Shown here one piece after another: positions 50,271 to 62,967 of a stretch of DNA of 64,000 nt. Source of the DNA: Vitrella brassicaformis CCMP3155 (taxonomy: Eukaryota; Protista; Chromerida); NCBI GenBank assembly GCA_001179505.1, contig CDMY01000859.1, forward strand, positions 62,001 to 126,000. Reading direction: 5' to 3'. How positions within the stretch are numbered: position 1 is the stretch's first letter; the number at the start of each line of letters is the position of its first letter. A program made the translations under genes and the position numbers. A model generated the notes under the pieces. The model searched no databases. It saw only the letters and a list, made by a program, of their open reading frames with translations, and was not told the origin of the DNA.

Positions 50271-53200
50271 GACGGACGGCAGAAGGGCGGCCTTACTATT
50301 TGAACATACGCTTACTCACAGACAGACGCTAGCTAGAACGAACCGGGAAGGGTTCGCGCCGCGCGGCTCGAGGCTTTCTTACGCGGCCTTTGAAACGAAG
50401 AAGGGAGAAAAACGACCACCACCACCACCACTGGGAGCAGACGGCACAGCCACACTCACACTCGGCACCGCACCGCGACGACGCCCACGCCCGCCAGCAC
50501 CACTGTCGCGGCGCTGCCCTCGGCCCCGGCCCCCCCGGCCGCGACCACCCTGAGCCGCCTGGTGTGCCGCGCGACACGAGTTGTAGGAGTCCTGACCATC
50601 CCAAAAGGACAAAGGAAAAAGGAGTGTGAAATCCCGAATTGCCCTCCCCTCCCCTCCCACCCCACCATGTGCTGTGTCCCTCCCTCCCTCCCTCCCTCCC
50701 TCCCATCCATTCCACCCACCTCCAGACCCNNNNNNNNNNNNNNNNNNNNNNNNNNNNNNNNNNNNNNNNNNNNNNNNNNNNNNNNNNNNNNNNNNNNNNN
50801 NNNNNNNNNNNNNNNNNNNNNNNNNNNNNNNNNNNNNNNNNNNNNNNNNNNNNNNNNNNNNNNNNNNNNNNNNNNNNNNNNNNNNNNNNNNNNNNNNNNN
50901 NNNNNNNNNNNNNNNNNNNNNNNNNNNNNNNNNNNNNNNNNNNNNNNNNNNNNNNNNNNNNNNNNNNNNNNNNNNNNNNNNNNNNNNNNNNNNNNNNNNN
51001 NNNNNNNNNNNNNNNNNNNNNNNNNNNNNCCATCCATCCTTATTGTTGCAGCATCCACGGACGGCTGATGTGTGTGCCCGCTTACCTGATGGTTGCGGCC
51101 CTTCTTGCCAGCTGGCCCGCTGCCGCCTTGGTCCCCTCGCGCGCCGCTGGCCATGACTCGACGGACGGCAGAAGGGCGGCCTTACTATTTGAACATACGC
51201 TTACTCACAGACAGACGCTAGCTAGAACGAACCGGGAAGGGTTCGCGCCGCGCGGCTCGAGGCTTTCTTACGCGGCCTTTGAAACGAAGAAGGGAGAAAA
51301 ACGACCACCACCACCACCACTGGGAGCAGACGGCACAGCCACACTCACACTCGGCACCGCACCGCGACGACGCCCACGCCCGCCAGCACCACTGTCGCGG
51401 CGCTGCCCTCGGCCCCGGCCCCCCCGGCCGCGACCACCCTGAGCCGCCTGGTGTGCCGCGCGACACGAGTTGTAGGAGTCCTGACCATCCCAAAAGGACA
51501 AAGGAAAAAGGAGTGTGAAATCCCGAATTGCCCTCCCCTCCCCTCCCACCCCACCATGTGCTGTGTCCCTCCCTCCCTCCCTTGTATTGGTCCACTGAGT
51601 CTGACGGCTCATCCGTCCTCCGGATCTGCAGCACCCATCCATCCATCCATCCTCATTGTTGCAGCATCCACGGACGGCTGATGTGTGTGCCCGCTTACCC
51701 GATGGTTGCCGCCGCCGCAGCCACCGCCGCCGCCCTTGTTACCACCTGGCCCGCGGCTGCCTTGGTCCCCTCGCGCGCCACTGGCCATGACCTCGCCGGA
51801 CGGTAGAAGGGCGGCCTTACTATTTAAACATACGCTTACTCACAGACAGACGTTAGCTACAAGGAACCGGGAAGGGTTCGCGCCGCCAGCACCAGACGCA
51901 CCGGCAGCCGCCGCATTCGACGCACTTGACGCACTCAGACCCGACGCGCCACCACCAGCACCCGCAGCAGACGCACCACCACCACCACCACTTGGAGCAG
52001 ACGGCGCAGCCACACTCACACTGGGCACCGCACCGCGACCACGCCCGCGCCCACCACCACGCCCTCGGCCCCGGCCCCGGCCCCCCCGGCCGCCACCACC
52101 CTGAGCCGCCTGGTGTGCCGCGCGAGACGAGTTGAAACTGTCCTGACCATCCCAAAAGGACAAAGGAAAAAGGAGTGTGAAATCCCGAATTGCCCTCCCC
52201 TCCCCTCCCACCCCACCATGTGCTGTGTCCCTCCCTCCCTCCCTCCCTCCCTCTCCTCGCTTCCTTGCCCATAGATCTCTCTGGCCGTGGCGCCCCAAGC
52301 CCACCTACCTGGTTGTAGATGTGACGGTGTTATGTGGCCGCAAATACACAAACACACACACACATGGATCCATCCATCCGTCCATCNNNNNNNNNNNNNN
52401 NNNNNNNNNNNNNNNNNNNNNNNNNNNNNNNNNNNNNNNNNNNNNNNNNNNNNNNNNNNNNNNNNNNNNNNNNNNNNNNNNNNNNNNNNNNNNNNNNNNN
52501 NNNNNNNNNNNNNNNNNNNNNNNNNNNNNNNNNNNNNNNNNNNNNNNNNNNNNNNNNNNNNNNNNNNNNNNNNNNNNNNNNNNNNNNNNNNNNNNNNNNN
52601 NNNNNNNNNNNNNNNNNNNNNNNNNNNNNNNNNNNNNNNNNNNNNNNNNNNNNNNNNNNNNNNNNNNNNNNNNNNNNNNNNNNNNNACACGGATGAAGTC
52701 GTCCTTGTATTGGTCCACTGAGTCTGACGGCTCATCCGTCCTCCGGATCTGCAGCACCCATCCATCCATCCATCCTCATTGTTGCAGCATCCACGGACGG
52801 CTGATGTGTGTGCCCGCTTACCCGATGGTTGCCGCCGCCGCAGCCACCGCCGCCGCCCTTGTTACCACCTGGCCCGCGGCTGCCTTGGTCCCCTCGCGCG
52901 CCACTGGCCATGACCTCGCCGGACGGTAGAAGGGCGGCCTTACTATTTAAACATACGCTTACTCACAGACAGACGTTAGCTACAAGGAACCGGGAAGGGT
53001 TCGCGCCGCCAGCACCAGACGCACCGGCAGCCGCCGCATTCGACGCACTTGACGCACTCAGACCCGACGCGCCACCACCAGCACCCGCAGCAGACGCACC
53101 ACCACCACCACCACTTGGAGCAGACGGCGCAGCCACACTCACACTGGGCACCGCACCGCGACCACGCCCGCGCCCACCACCACGCCCTCGGCCCCGGCCC

Positions 53201-53550
53201 CGGCCCCCCCGGCCGCCACCACCCTGAGCCGCCTGGTGTGCCGCGCGAGACGAGTTGAAACTGTCCTGACCATCCCAAAAGGACAAAGGAAAAAGGAGTG
53301 TGAAATCCCGAATTGCCCTCCCCTCCCCTCCCACCCCACCATGTGCTGTGTCCCTCCCTCCCTCCCTCCCTCCCTCTCCTCGCTTCCTTGCCCATAGATC
53401 CCTCTCCTCGCTTCCTTGCCCATAGATCTCTCTGGCCGTGGCGCCCCGAGCCCACCTACCTGGTTGTAGATGTGACGGTGTTATGGGGTTGTGGGACGGC
53501 AGAAGGGGCCGCAAACACACACACACACACACACACATGGATCCATCCAT
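50080..53550. repeat. Four tandem ~0.6-0.8 kb units in order A, A, B, B, interrupted by two 300-N gaps (50730-51029 and 52387-52686)
   Basis: All units share GTCCTGACCATCCCAAAAGGACAAAGGAAAAAGGAGTGTGAAATCCCGAATTGCCC and GAAGGGCGGCCTTACTATTT(G/A)AACATACGCTTACTCACAGACAGACG. Units 1 and 2 look essentially identical to each other, as do units 3 and 4. Confidence 0.92.
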
Positions 53551-55740
53551 CCATCCATCCGGTCAGTCGAGAGATCTGCCGCTTACGGCGGGAGTGCCGC
53601 CCAGGGTGCGGTGGATCCTGACGGAGTTGGGGTGGTCGATCTGCGGGGAGCCGGCAAACGAGAGCCAATGGCCAGGAATGAATCTCCCTTCACCACCCAC
53701 GGCAGCCGCTCACCTGGTACTCGAGATCGAGCGTGGCAAAACGAGGGTTGGGATACATCGCAAACAGAAGAAAGGATCAGAACCTCCTTCGTCTGGCGCA
53801 CGGCAGCACACACAGACACACAGACACACAGGCAGCAGTGTGGATGGATGGATGGGTACACATGTGAGTGCGCCAAACACGTACCTCGGCCTTGTCGTCC
53901 TTGTTGTCCTGAGGGGCCGGGGCAGCGCCGCCCTCAGCACTGGCCACAGCCGGAGGAGCTGCATTCACCACACGTCATCCCACACCAGTGTGTGTGCGTG
54001 AAGGAGAGCATCAGCATACATAAATACATACATACAGACGTGCGACCTTCCCGTACCCGTGTTGGTGCCGGCAGCCTGCTGGTTCAACCCCTGCATGTCA
54101 GACAACACCAACGGACCGACGGACAGACAGAGAGCCGAGAGAGATATGTGATGTGGTGTGATGTGTAGAGATTCGGGTAGCTGTGTCTGTGTGTGTGCCG
54201 GGTGTTCACCTGAGTCGTGTTGCCGTGAGCCGCGGGGGCAGAAGCGTTGCCACCAGTAGCACCGCCAGCACCGCCCTGAGTGTTCGAACCCTGCATGTCA
54301 GATGACACCAACGGACCGACGGACAGACAGAGAGCCGAGAGAGATATGTGCTGTGGTGTGATGTGTAGAGATTCGGGTAGCTGTGTCTGTGTGTGTGGCG
54401 GGTGCTCACGTGTCCAGCCGAGTTGGGTGCCCCCTGGTGGTGGTACATGCCGACAACTGATGAAGGCACACACAGGACGCATGTACGTGTGTGTCGTCCA
54501 TCCATCATGGCGTGTGTGTGTTGTCGTTCCCATCTGCGCACCAGGCAGCCCGGGGGCAGGAATGAGGCTCCCCTGAACGCATCCATCCATCACACACACA
54601 CATCCATCCATCCATCCATCAGGCAGTCAGGCAGTCAGTCTGTTTTGAGGTGGGTGGTGTCACTGGTGTGGGTATGTGGGTGGGCGTTGGTTAGTGGCTG
54701 GCTGGCTCTTGGCCGTCCATCCATTACGTACGTCGGGACGCAAATACATGAACTGGGTGCGCTGCAACAACACACACAACACACAGCACACAGCACAATG
54801 CGGTCATCCAGCCACCCGTCGTGTGCGGTGCGCATCGCATGTGTGTGTAGGGTAGGGTAGGGTGTGTGTGGCTTGCTTACACGGCTATCGAAACTCAGAT
54901 ACGGCTGACAGAGAACGGGTCATTGTCCATGGCCTGCCTCAATGACCGAAATGCTTTCTTCACCCCTCCTTCCCACCTTGATCCACCCATCAATATTGAT
55001 GAGGTCGTCGATGGGTTGGTTGACGTAGTCGATCTGCCATGGCATGCATGGATATAATCCATGTGAGCGAGCCGCTTTGGCGGATCGATAGGTGGGTGGA
55101 TGCGTTCGCCCACCTACCGGATAACCCTGTTCAACAGAAGTACACATACACACACACACACACAGAGAGACCCATGACACCACATGCGCACTGCGGCTCT
55201 CAGCTGGCTGGTCGGTGCGACGTGTGGTCTTACGTCCTTGAGAATCTGCGTCGTAGCTATGTGCGCCCTGTCCTGCAGGGGTTGCAACAAAGACAGAGAT
55301 CTCATGGTGACATTGCCGCACCAAGATGGAGCTCCTCACCAACGGCACTATGACACGCAAATCAAACTGCACGATGCAACCAGCCAATGGACGCACACAT
55401 GACGTCCACATCGCCCGCACCGACAGAGATCTATCTCTTCCGCCCATCTGCCCGCTTTCGTGGCCCGCCTGCTTACCTTCCGCACCCCGAGATGTATGTA
55501 GTGTCCCTGGATGTAGTAGCCTGGCCCGCCGCTGTGGGGAGGGGGAGGGGGACCGCCGCCCGAAGGACCGGGCCCACGCCGCCCTCTAATCCCACACACA
55601 CAGAGGGAGAGAGGGAGAGGGAGAGGGATGGATGGATGGATGTGTGTGTCAGTTGCTCACCTTCTGTTTCGATCCGGCCGCCCGCATTGATTTTCTCGCA
55701 GAGCTCCATTGCCTTGTCGATGGTCGAACGCACACCTGCA
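53150..55740 (-). CDS. Possible multi-mini-exon low-complexity (Gly/Pro/RGG-rich) hypothetical gene
   Basis: Series of short AG..GT-bounded exons: GVRSTIDKAMELCEKINAGGRIETE; RGRRGPGPSGGGPPPPPHSGGPGYY; GSNTQGGAGGATGGNASAP; APPAVASAEGGAAPAPQDNKDDKAE; GGRGGRGRGRGRGGGRGRG. Phases were not fully reconciled. Confidence 0.35.
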
Positions 55741-55794
55741 CACACATACACACACGCACATCGACAAAGTGCGGGCCTCGTCCACACATAGCGG

Positions 55795-56945
55795 CCGGCC
55801 TGCCTGCATCTACGAGCCGGCAGGCCAGACAGAGAGACAGGAGACACAGACACACACAGACAAAGAGAGAGTGGAAAAGATGTGAGGAACACAGTCGAAG
55901 ACGCCACCCTCCCTCTCTCTTCTTGCGTGCGTACCTGCGCCAAGGTAGGTAACTCAGCCGCTGTCCTAATACGAACCAACGAACCAAACCAGCAAGCAAG
56001 GAAGGAAGAAGACAGCCCGCCTGTCTGTCTGTCTGTCTACGGCCGCAACAAACGACAAACAAGAGCCTCACAACCAACAAACAAACAGGAGCTAGCTTGC
56101 TACACACAACAGACACACACATATACATACGTACGCATAGATCCACACGTATGCTGTCGGTCTCTACTCTAAGCATTCTCTATTTTATGTTTATGTTTAT
56201 GCGATGGGTTTGTCTGCCTGTCTGTGGAGGAGCGGAGGAGTTCGCTGGATTGATGATTTGATGATAAAGGGCGAATCAAGGGAGAATGAAGGTCGTCGGT
56301 GAAGGGTGTTTGTTGCTATGTTGCCGTGGCGTCGATGCGCGTCCACAAGTCGGGGCCGGGTTTCGTTACCATTTGTTTGCAGCGTAGAAGGCGATGAGGC
56401 GGGCGGGCGATGAGACGATGGGCGTCGATCGGGAGAGAGATGAGGAGGAGGAGGGCTTGGGCGCCTGCGTCTACGAGCAGGCCAGACAGAGAGACAAGCA
56501 GAGACAGACAGACAGACAGACAAAGAGTGGAAGAGATATGAGATGTAACAAGCCCTCTGTCTCCTGTCTGTCTTTACATGCGTACCTGCGCGTTGGGTAA
56601 GCCGCCATACCACGACGAGGGAAGGAAGACAGCCCGCCCGTCTGTCTGTCTGTCTCCGGCCCCAAGGTTGCAACAAACAACACACAAAAGCCTCACAAAC
56701 AACAACCTAACAAGAGCTAGCTAGCTACACATACACATACATACACGTTTGCTGCCTTTGGTATTCCATTCTCTATTTGATAACTATGCGATGCATCTGT
56801 GTGTGGAGGAGCGGAGGAGTTTGTTGGTTTGATGGTTTTCATTGAGGAGAAAAGGAGAGGGCCGTCGGTGGGGGGGTGTTTGTTGCCGTGGCGTCGATCC
56901 GCATCCACAAGTCGGGGCCGGCTTTCGTTACCATTTCATTGAAGT
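55795..56945. repeat. Diverged ~600-bp tandem duplication (~55795-56390 and ~56460-56945)
   Basis: Shared GCCTGC(A/G)TCTACGAGC, TGCGTACCTGCGC, GGAAGAAGACAGCCCGCC-like, GAGGAGCGGAGGAGTT and TCCACAAGTCGGGGCCGG(G/C)TTTCGTTACCATTT blocks in the same order. Confidence 0.8.
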
Positions 56946-57210
56946 GTAGAAGGCCATGGGGCGATGAGGCGAAGAGGCGATCGGCATCGATCAACAGGTG
57001 AGGAGGGAGACGATGGGGGGGTAACTTTCGCGGACGTCGTCGACGGCGGCGCTACACACAGAATATGCTCAACTTTTCTCGTTTGTTCCGCTTACCGGCT
57101 TCCTGTTTCTCTTCCAGGAATGAAAAGAGTTGTCTGTGAAGCAGCAAAGGCAAAGTAAGTGCACTCCCAACACCTGATTTATTGAATAGTTGGAATACTC
57201 CATTCACCTG

Positions 57211-57562
57211 TTGAGGACTCCGTCGAGAAAAGGAGACGGCCATTAGGAGAAAAATTCAAAATTCCATCATCTGCACACAGACAGAGTTGGCCAAGGGAAT
57301 GACATGATCACACCATCCATACACCACACCACCATCGCCGCAGGCGACAACCACTCATCAAGTCCATGGCCAAGTCACCACACACGTGAGGTGTGGCCAA
57401 AGGCGACGGGCTCCTAATTTCATGTGCAGGCGTCATTCGCATCACCGCACACAAGCGCACCACACCACGTCACCACACACATGAACTCACTTGTTGAGGA
57501 CTCCGTCGGGAAAAAGAGACGGCAATGAGGAGAAAGAACCAAAATTCCATCATCTGCACACA
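57211..57562. repeat. ~70-bp direct repeat (~57211-57280 and ~57493-57562)
   Basis: GTTGAGGACTCCGTCG(A/G)GAAAA(G/A)GAGACGGC...CAAAATTCCATCATCTGCACACA in both copies. Confidence 0.85.
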
Positions 57563-58356
57563 AGCATGCCGACAGGGCACAGTGAGATCACCACAGGAAT
57601 GAAACGGACTGTGCAGTCACCCTTGAACATCATGCACATGCCATACCGTCACCACCCAACACAGAGACAATGAGACGTGTACTCACCTGAGAGGATGTTT
57701 TGAGGACAAGGGAAGGCGTCGGCGCACTCAGTTGACGCCAGACAGGTGTCGGGGAGTCGCCAGCTGTTCAGAAGACGGCAGGGCGCCACCGGCGGAGGCC
57801 TCGCTCGTGGCACGGCGCGGAGGAAGGAAGGGTCGGTTTTCATCCGGACGAGTTGGGATGGGTAGAGGATGATGGGGCGGACCACACGAGCCAAAAAGCG
57901 GATGAAAACAACAAGAATCGGGGCATCTGTAGCCGAAATGAGGCTGAGAAGCCGAGCGGACGGGTATTGTGAGAAACGGGACGAAATTTCTGTCTCGAAT
58001 CTCGAATTTCTCGTCCCGTCTCCAATTCTCGCCGAGGGAAGTCATTGCTTGCGCCATCTGTTCGTGGAGCAAAACAGAGGCTTGAGACGCCGTGGGCGAC
58101 AGTGGGCAAAACTGAGCTCGCATCTTTCGTCCGGAAAACTGGAAGGGTGCCGCAACAGTATTGGTGGTGGAGTGTAGCAGCATGCGGTTGTTTGTTGTGT
58201 TGGATCACTGCGGTGCTCGTGCCGTCGAGCTGCACGTGGAAGAAGATGCCACGGTGAGAACACAAGTGCATCACTCGTTGCAGGCTCATCCATGATTCCG
58301 CATCACTCATTGTTCCGCTCACCTCACGGATGGATGTGTGTTTGGTGTCGTGCAGG

Positions 58357-59845
58357 TGAGCCACGTGCTGCGCATGTACGGGTGCAGCGGTGCCATCGCG
58401 GCACTTCCACTCTGCCTCACCTACCACAGCAAACCGGTACATCACGTCCGTCTGCATTCCAACCATCCATCCATCCATCCATCAGCTGGAACACACCAAG
58501 ATCCTGAAGGACTACCACATCAAGCAGGACGCCATCCTGCTTGCCGTCGTCGACAGAGACCTGCTCAGTGTGCTGTTCCCCAGCAACGTCGGTGACAAGA
58601 TCACACTGGGACCTGTCGAGGTGGGGAGAAGGGAGGAGGGATACGCACGCACTGTGCATCGGCTGCCGTGTTTTGTGTCACGTCAGGAGCGTGGCTCACC
58701 TCGTAGCATTGAGAACGGAGAGCGGCTGGCCAAGGCCTACAAAGACGGACGCCAGACGGTATGTGTGCATATGGCGAGGGTGATGGGTGAGCGGGCCATG
58801 TGTGATGGTGTGGTGTGCTGTGTGTGTGGCTCTTGGTTCCGTGTTTGCAGATCATGCAGATCACATCGTTCAAGTACGCAGACAACAAATGCGAGCCCAT
58901 CATTGGAGTCTTCGACATCGCATCCCGCAACACGGCATATCATGGTTCGTATTCCATCGACACGCACCGACAGAGAGACGATGAACCCTGCACACGTTTT
59001 GCTTTCCCATGTCAGCGTGTGAGTTTTCGTTTTCGGAGCTCAAGGACTGCCTGGCCGATCTGCAGTCGAGCGCCCTAGACAACATTACGTGGGTGGACGT
59101 GCACAGCGTGAGCTCGGTGTGGAAGGCGCAGAGTTGCCTCATCGAGTCCGCCAGTTTGTGGGAGTTGCGGTACCTCAAGACCGTTGCTGCTCTCCAATCG
59201 GTAAGTATCGCCAACCAAGGGGAGAGAGGGGCAGGGGAGGGAGAAAGCAAAATCACGACAACCAGGGAATTCCTTCGTCTTTGTCGTTTTGTTTCGATCA
59301 GGCCAGCCGCGGCCTCGAGGAGCAGCAGCAGCTCATCGGCAAGCAGCAGCAGCTCATCGGCACACAGCAACAGAGACTCAAGTAAGTACACCCCTCTCCA
59401 CATACAAACACAATGGCGACCGAACCATCCATTCTCATATTGGTTGTCGTTTCATCCATGCCGATACATGCGTCAGGGAGCAGGACGCTACCATGGCCGA
59501 GCAGGAGGGCAAGGTCCAGGCGCTGCAGGAGGCCATGCGTGCCCTCGAGGCCGACAATGAGCGCCTGGCTGACCAGGTCGCCCTGAACGGCGACCTGCGC
59601 CTCAACGAGAGCAGTGCTGCCGAGCTGGCGGCTCTGGGCGCCAAGATCTCCGGCGAGATCGAGCGTCTGAGCAAGCTAGCCGAGGAAGCTGAGGCGGCGC
59701 GGGCGGAGCAGGAGGAGCGCGAGGAGGAGGACAAGAAGCGACAGGCGGAGATGGCCGAGGACTACGAATCCTTTGAGGAGGACGAGGAAGAGGAGGAAGA
59801 GGAGGAAGAGGAGGAAGAGGAGGAGGAATACCCCGTTGCCACAGG
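58357..59845 (+). CDS. Ubiquitin-like domain + coiled-coil + poly-Glu protein, multi-exon; both ends uncertain
   Basis: Spliced CLTYHSKP/LEHTKILKDYHIKQDAILLAV resembles the ubiquitin [28 protein letters not shown] segment. Later exons encode QQQLIG repeats, a coiled coil and an E-run (~59770-59828). Confidence 0.7.
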
Positions 59846-60128
59846 TGGGTTGACAGGGAGGCCAGAAAGGACAGATTCACCCGGTCTGTTGCGTTGCATG
59901 GATGTGCGCGCGTGTGTGTGCCAGGCAGCCGCAAGCACACTCGTTTCCACGTGTGATATGAAGGCCACAGCATCTTGCGTGCTATTCTCTGACTGGTGGA
60001 CGTGCCGACAGACAGACAGACAGACAGAAGGACAGACAGACCGATCGATTGTGACAGGGGTATTGTGCTGCAAACAGTGACTATGGTGGGAATTTGTCTC
60101 TTTCTGGGTTGTTAGATACGGGGGCTGT

Positions 60129-61921
60129 TCATGCAAATGACTTGTGTACAGTCCATCTTACTGATGTACATTGCATGCGGGACGCTGCTTGAAAAAAACG
60201 ACTCGTTGATGCATAATTCGTGTGCGGAGCATCGTGACATGTTGCCCGTACCCACACAGGCGTGTGTGTCTCATATATAGTTGAAAACAGCACCCATCCA
60301 CGAGCCATGAACACTTCCGAATTAGAGTAGCGATGCACCAACCAACCAGCAGACGACCGAGACACTGCCATGCAGCACGGTGCTGGCTGTGTGTCTGTCT
60401 GTGTGTCTGTCTGGCTCAGCTGCTTGAGAGGGTTACGATCGGGATATAAAGATGTAGGCAGCGATGCAATCGTCCTGCCCAGGGCCTTGAATGTCTCGTA
60501 CTCGTTGAGGAAGAGCGAATGGCAGTCGTCATGATGGAAGGCGAAGCGCAGGGGCTCGAGAGACTTCGAGCAGCCGCGAGCGAGCAAACACCTCTAAAAC
60601 AAGCACAATCGAAGCAGAAATGTGGTGATGGCCTTCCTCTCCACTCCCCTCCCCTCTCCTCTGTCTTCTGTGCCCCGTCTTTCGTTCTGTGTCTGTGTCA
60701 CCTGCAATCTGTTCAGCCCATCCTGGATGACAGCCGACTCCATCCCGTAGAGCTTCATGGCTGGAATGAGCCGAAGGCGCGCGAGAGGCCCTGGACTCCC
60801 CCGCTGCCCCAGAGGAATGGTCTCGATCAGCTGCGCCAGCTGCGATGGCGGCAGCAGGCGCTCAAAGCTCGACGAGGGACCTTGCCGTCTTGACGAACGG
60901 CTTGATGTCGGCCACCTGGGCAGTCTCGTATGGTGCAGACACCCGTTCGACAGCGGGTGTTGCCCATCCGCCCAGCGATGACAAAGTGGCCCGAGATGAC
61001 GCCGTTGACCTCTGCGAGTGCTGGCAGGCTGCTGGATTGAGAATGGAGGGCCTCGGGGGGCTGCAAGTTGGTATCTTGCATCCGCTCCATCTTTTCCACC
61101 TCGACGACCGGAAGGCACGCCACGGGCTCAAATGTGAAGGACTTGAGCGAGCCCTCGCTCAACATGGTGGCTGGGCCCTCCCTCTCGCGAGCCGCCTGCC
61201 GCCCCGCCACATGCCCCTCCACCAGTCCGACGACAATCCCACGGCACCATCAGGGTGCACTGAAGAAGCGGCCGGGAGAACGCCCCTCCACGCCGTCGGC
61301 TGTCCGCGAGTAGCGATGTGTGATGGATTTGAGGTTGATCATCTGTCTGCCGAGGTCCCGTGCCGTCTGTGGGGTCAGCTGCTCCCAGAAGCGGCGCTGT
61401 CTTGCCTCGCTGCAGTCGATGACCACCTCAGTGTGGTGCTGCACGACGGCGCTGCTGAGTGGGGAGGGGAGGGGAGGGGGGAGGTCCCACACGGCATTGG
61501 CCAACGCAAAGACGGGGATGTACACCTCGGGATCCTGCACACACAGATACCATGACGGGTGAAAGGTGAAAGGATGCCTCGTCTATCTCCTCGAGTCTTT
61601 TCTTTGTGGATGCTTACGATGGGAATGCCCCGACCAGCCATGGAGCCGAATCGCCTGTCAGTCAGCAGCCATCCAGGAAACCCAAACAAATGAGCATCCG
61701 TGTTTGCCATGCGGATCCTGTGATTACCTGGAAGGCGGCCTCGACACCATCGGTGTATGTCGGACTGCCGAGCGGGTCGTCGTTGGCATTCGAATCGGCT
61801 TCTACGCCATCCTCACCGTCACCACCTGCAAGAAACGATAGAGATACCAGCTGAAACGGATGGGCACCGCTCTCATTTTCGTACCTTCCTGCTCCTCAAC
61901 AACTGTGCTATGCGCTAGCAT
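60129..61921 (-). pseudogene. Pseudogene of the same lineage-specific family as 17558-19790
   Basis: FWEQLTPQTARDLGRQMINL; AP*WCRGIVVGLVEGHVAG (in-frame TGA at 61250); a frameshift at ~60970 (IAGR / GWATPAVERV); another at ~60865; IPLGQRGSPGPL; LLARGCSKSL. Confidence 0.8.
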
Positions 61922-62214
61922 ATCTTGCGAATCGTCTGCATCCATTGCTTGCTGATAGGCACGACGCTAATTGACGCTGCGATTCTTCGGGACAGGATTC
62001 ACGTTCGGCCAGGAATTTGCGAGCTTTCTTGGCAAGTCGAAAGCGTCGGAAGGTGCATTTGGACAGAGATCTCTGAGTGCATTCTGTTGTTCGCGGTCGT
62101 TGCTTTCGAACAGGCACGCCGCACATGAGGTGAATGCGAGAGATCTCGCCTGCCTTTCAGCATTTGAGCACCTCTGCATCTCGTCGGCACCGCTTCTCCT
62201 CCCTCTGGGCCGCC

Positions 62215-62967
62215 ATGTCATTCAGCCTCTGGCTTGAGGTACCCAGCACGCCATGAGCTTTTCCTTCACTTATCATCTATCCAATTTGCGCCATCGTCTG
62301 TCGATTGATTTTCTGACAGGCACCACAAAGCCCTTTTGGTGACGCCATTCAACGACATGCAGGCGAATTGGGCACGCCTGAGTTCTCACCCCACGTCACA
62401 CTGGTCAGCGGGGGACCGTATGCGTCTATCTGCGATGAATTCCTCTCCCTGTGTGTCAGATCGGTGGCGTCAAGCATCTTTCGTTGGAGGCTTTGCAAGA
62501 CAAGTGCATGCGGCTGGCGGCCTCGTCGCGGCGTGCGACGCTCACCGTGACCGATGTTGACTACGGCGAGATGTTCTTTCAGTGCATCTATGCCCTGATC
62601 AACAAGACCCAAGAGCTGACCGCCTTGCATGAAAACGCCAAGAAGGTGAGATGGGAGGGGATGGACACGGCGAGCGAGGCACCGCCAACGAACCTGCCTG
62701 TTCTCATCGATATGGATGGATGGACGGATGCAGCTCTTGTACACGGACGAGGGCGTGGACTTCAAAGGGCCGAATGATGAGTACATGCCTCACCTGTCGC
62801 TGGTATACGGCGAGCTGTCGAAGGAGGTCAAGGGGGAGCTGAGCGCCATCCTGAGCGAGGAGGTGCGAGGGAGTGAGTTCACCGTTGGCGCGATAGCCCT
62901 GTACGAGACGGGGCCTGACATTCAGGACTGGAAGTGTATCGCGAGATATCCTCTCTTGAGCCAGTGA
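62215..62967 (+). CDS. 2H-phosphoesterase, cyclic phosphodiesterase (CPDase)-like; 4 exons (62215-62238, 62320-62403, 62460-62645, 62734-62967)
   Basis: MSFSLWLE, FSPHVTLIGG (HxT motif 1), FFQCIY, YMPHLSLVYG (HxS motif 2): the same motif order as plant CPDase. Confidence 0.9.

Noticed and set aside
27049-61252. UGA=Trp recoding, suggested by TGA at Trp-aligned or Trp-compatible positions (27049, ~44895, 61250)
   Set aside because: Intact genes in the window end in TGA (kinase 1, SLC4, CPDase). Two of the three cases lie in frameshifted pseudogenes, and TGG>TGA is a single common transition.
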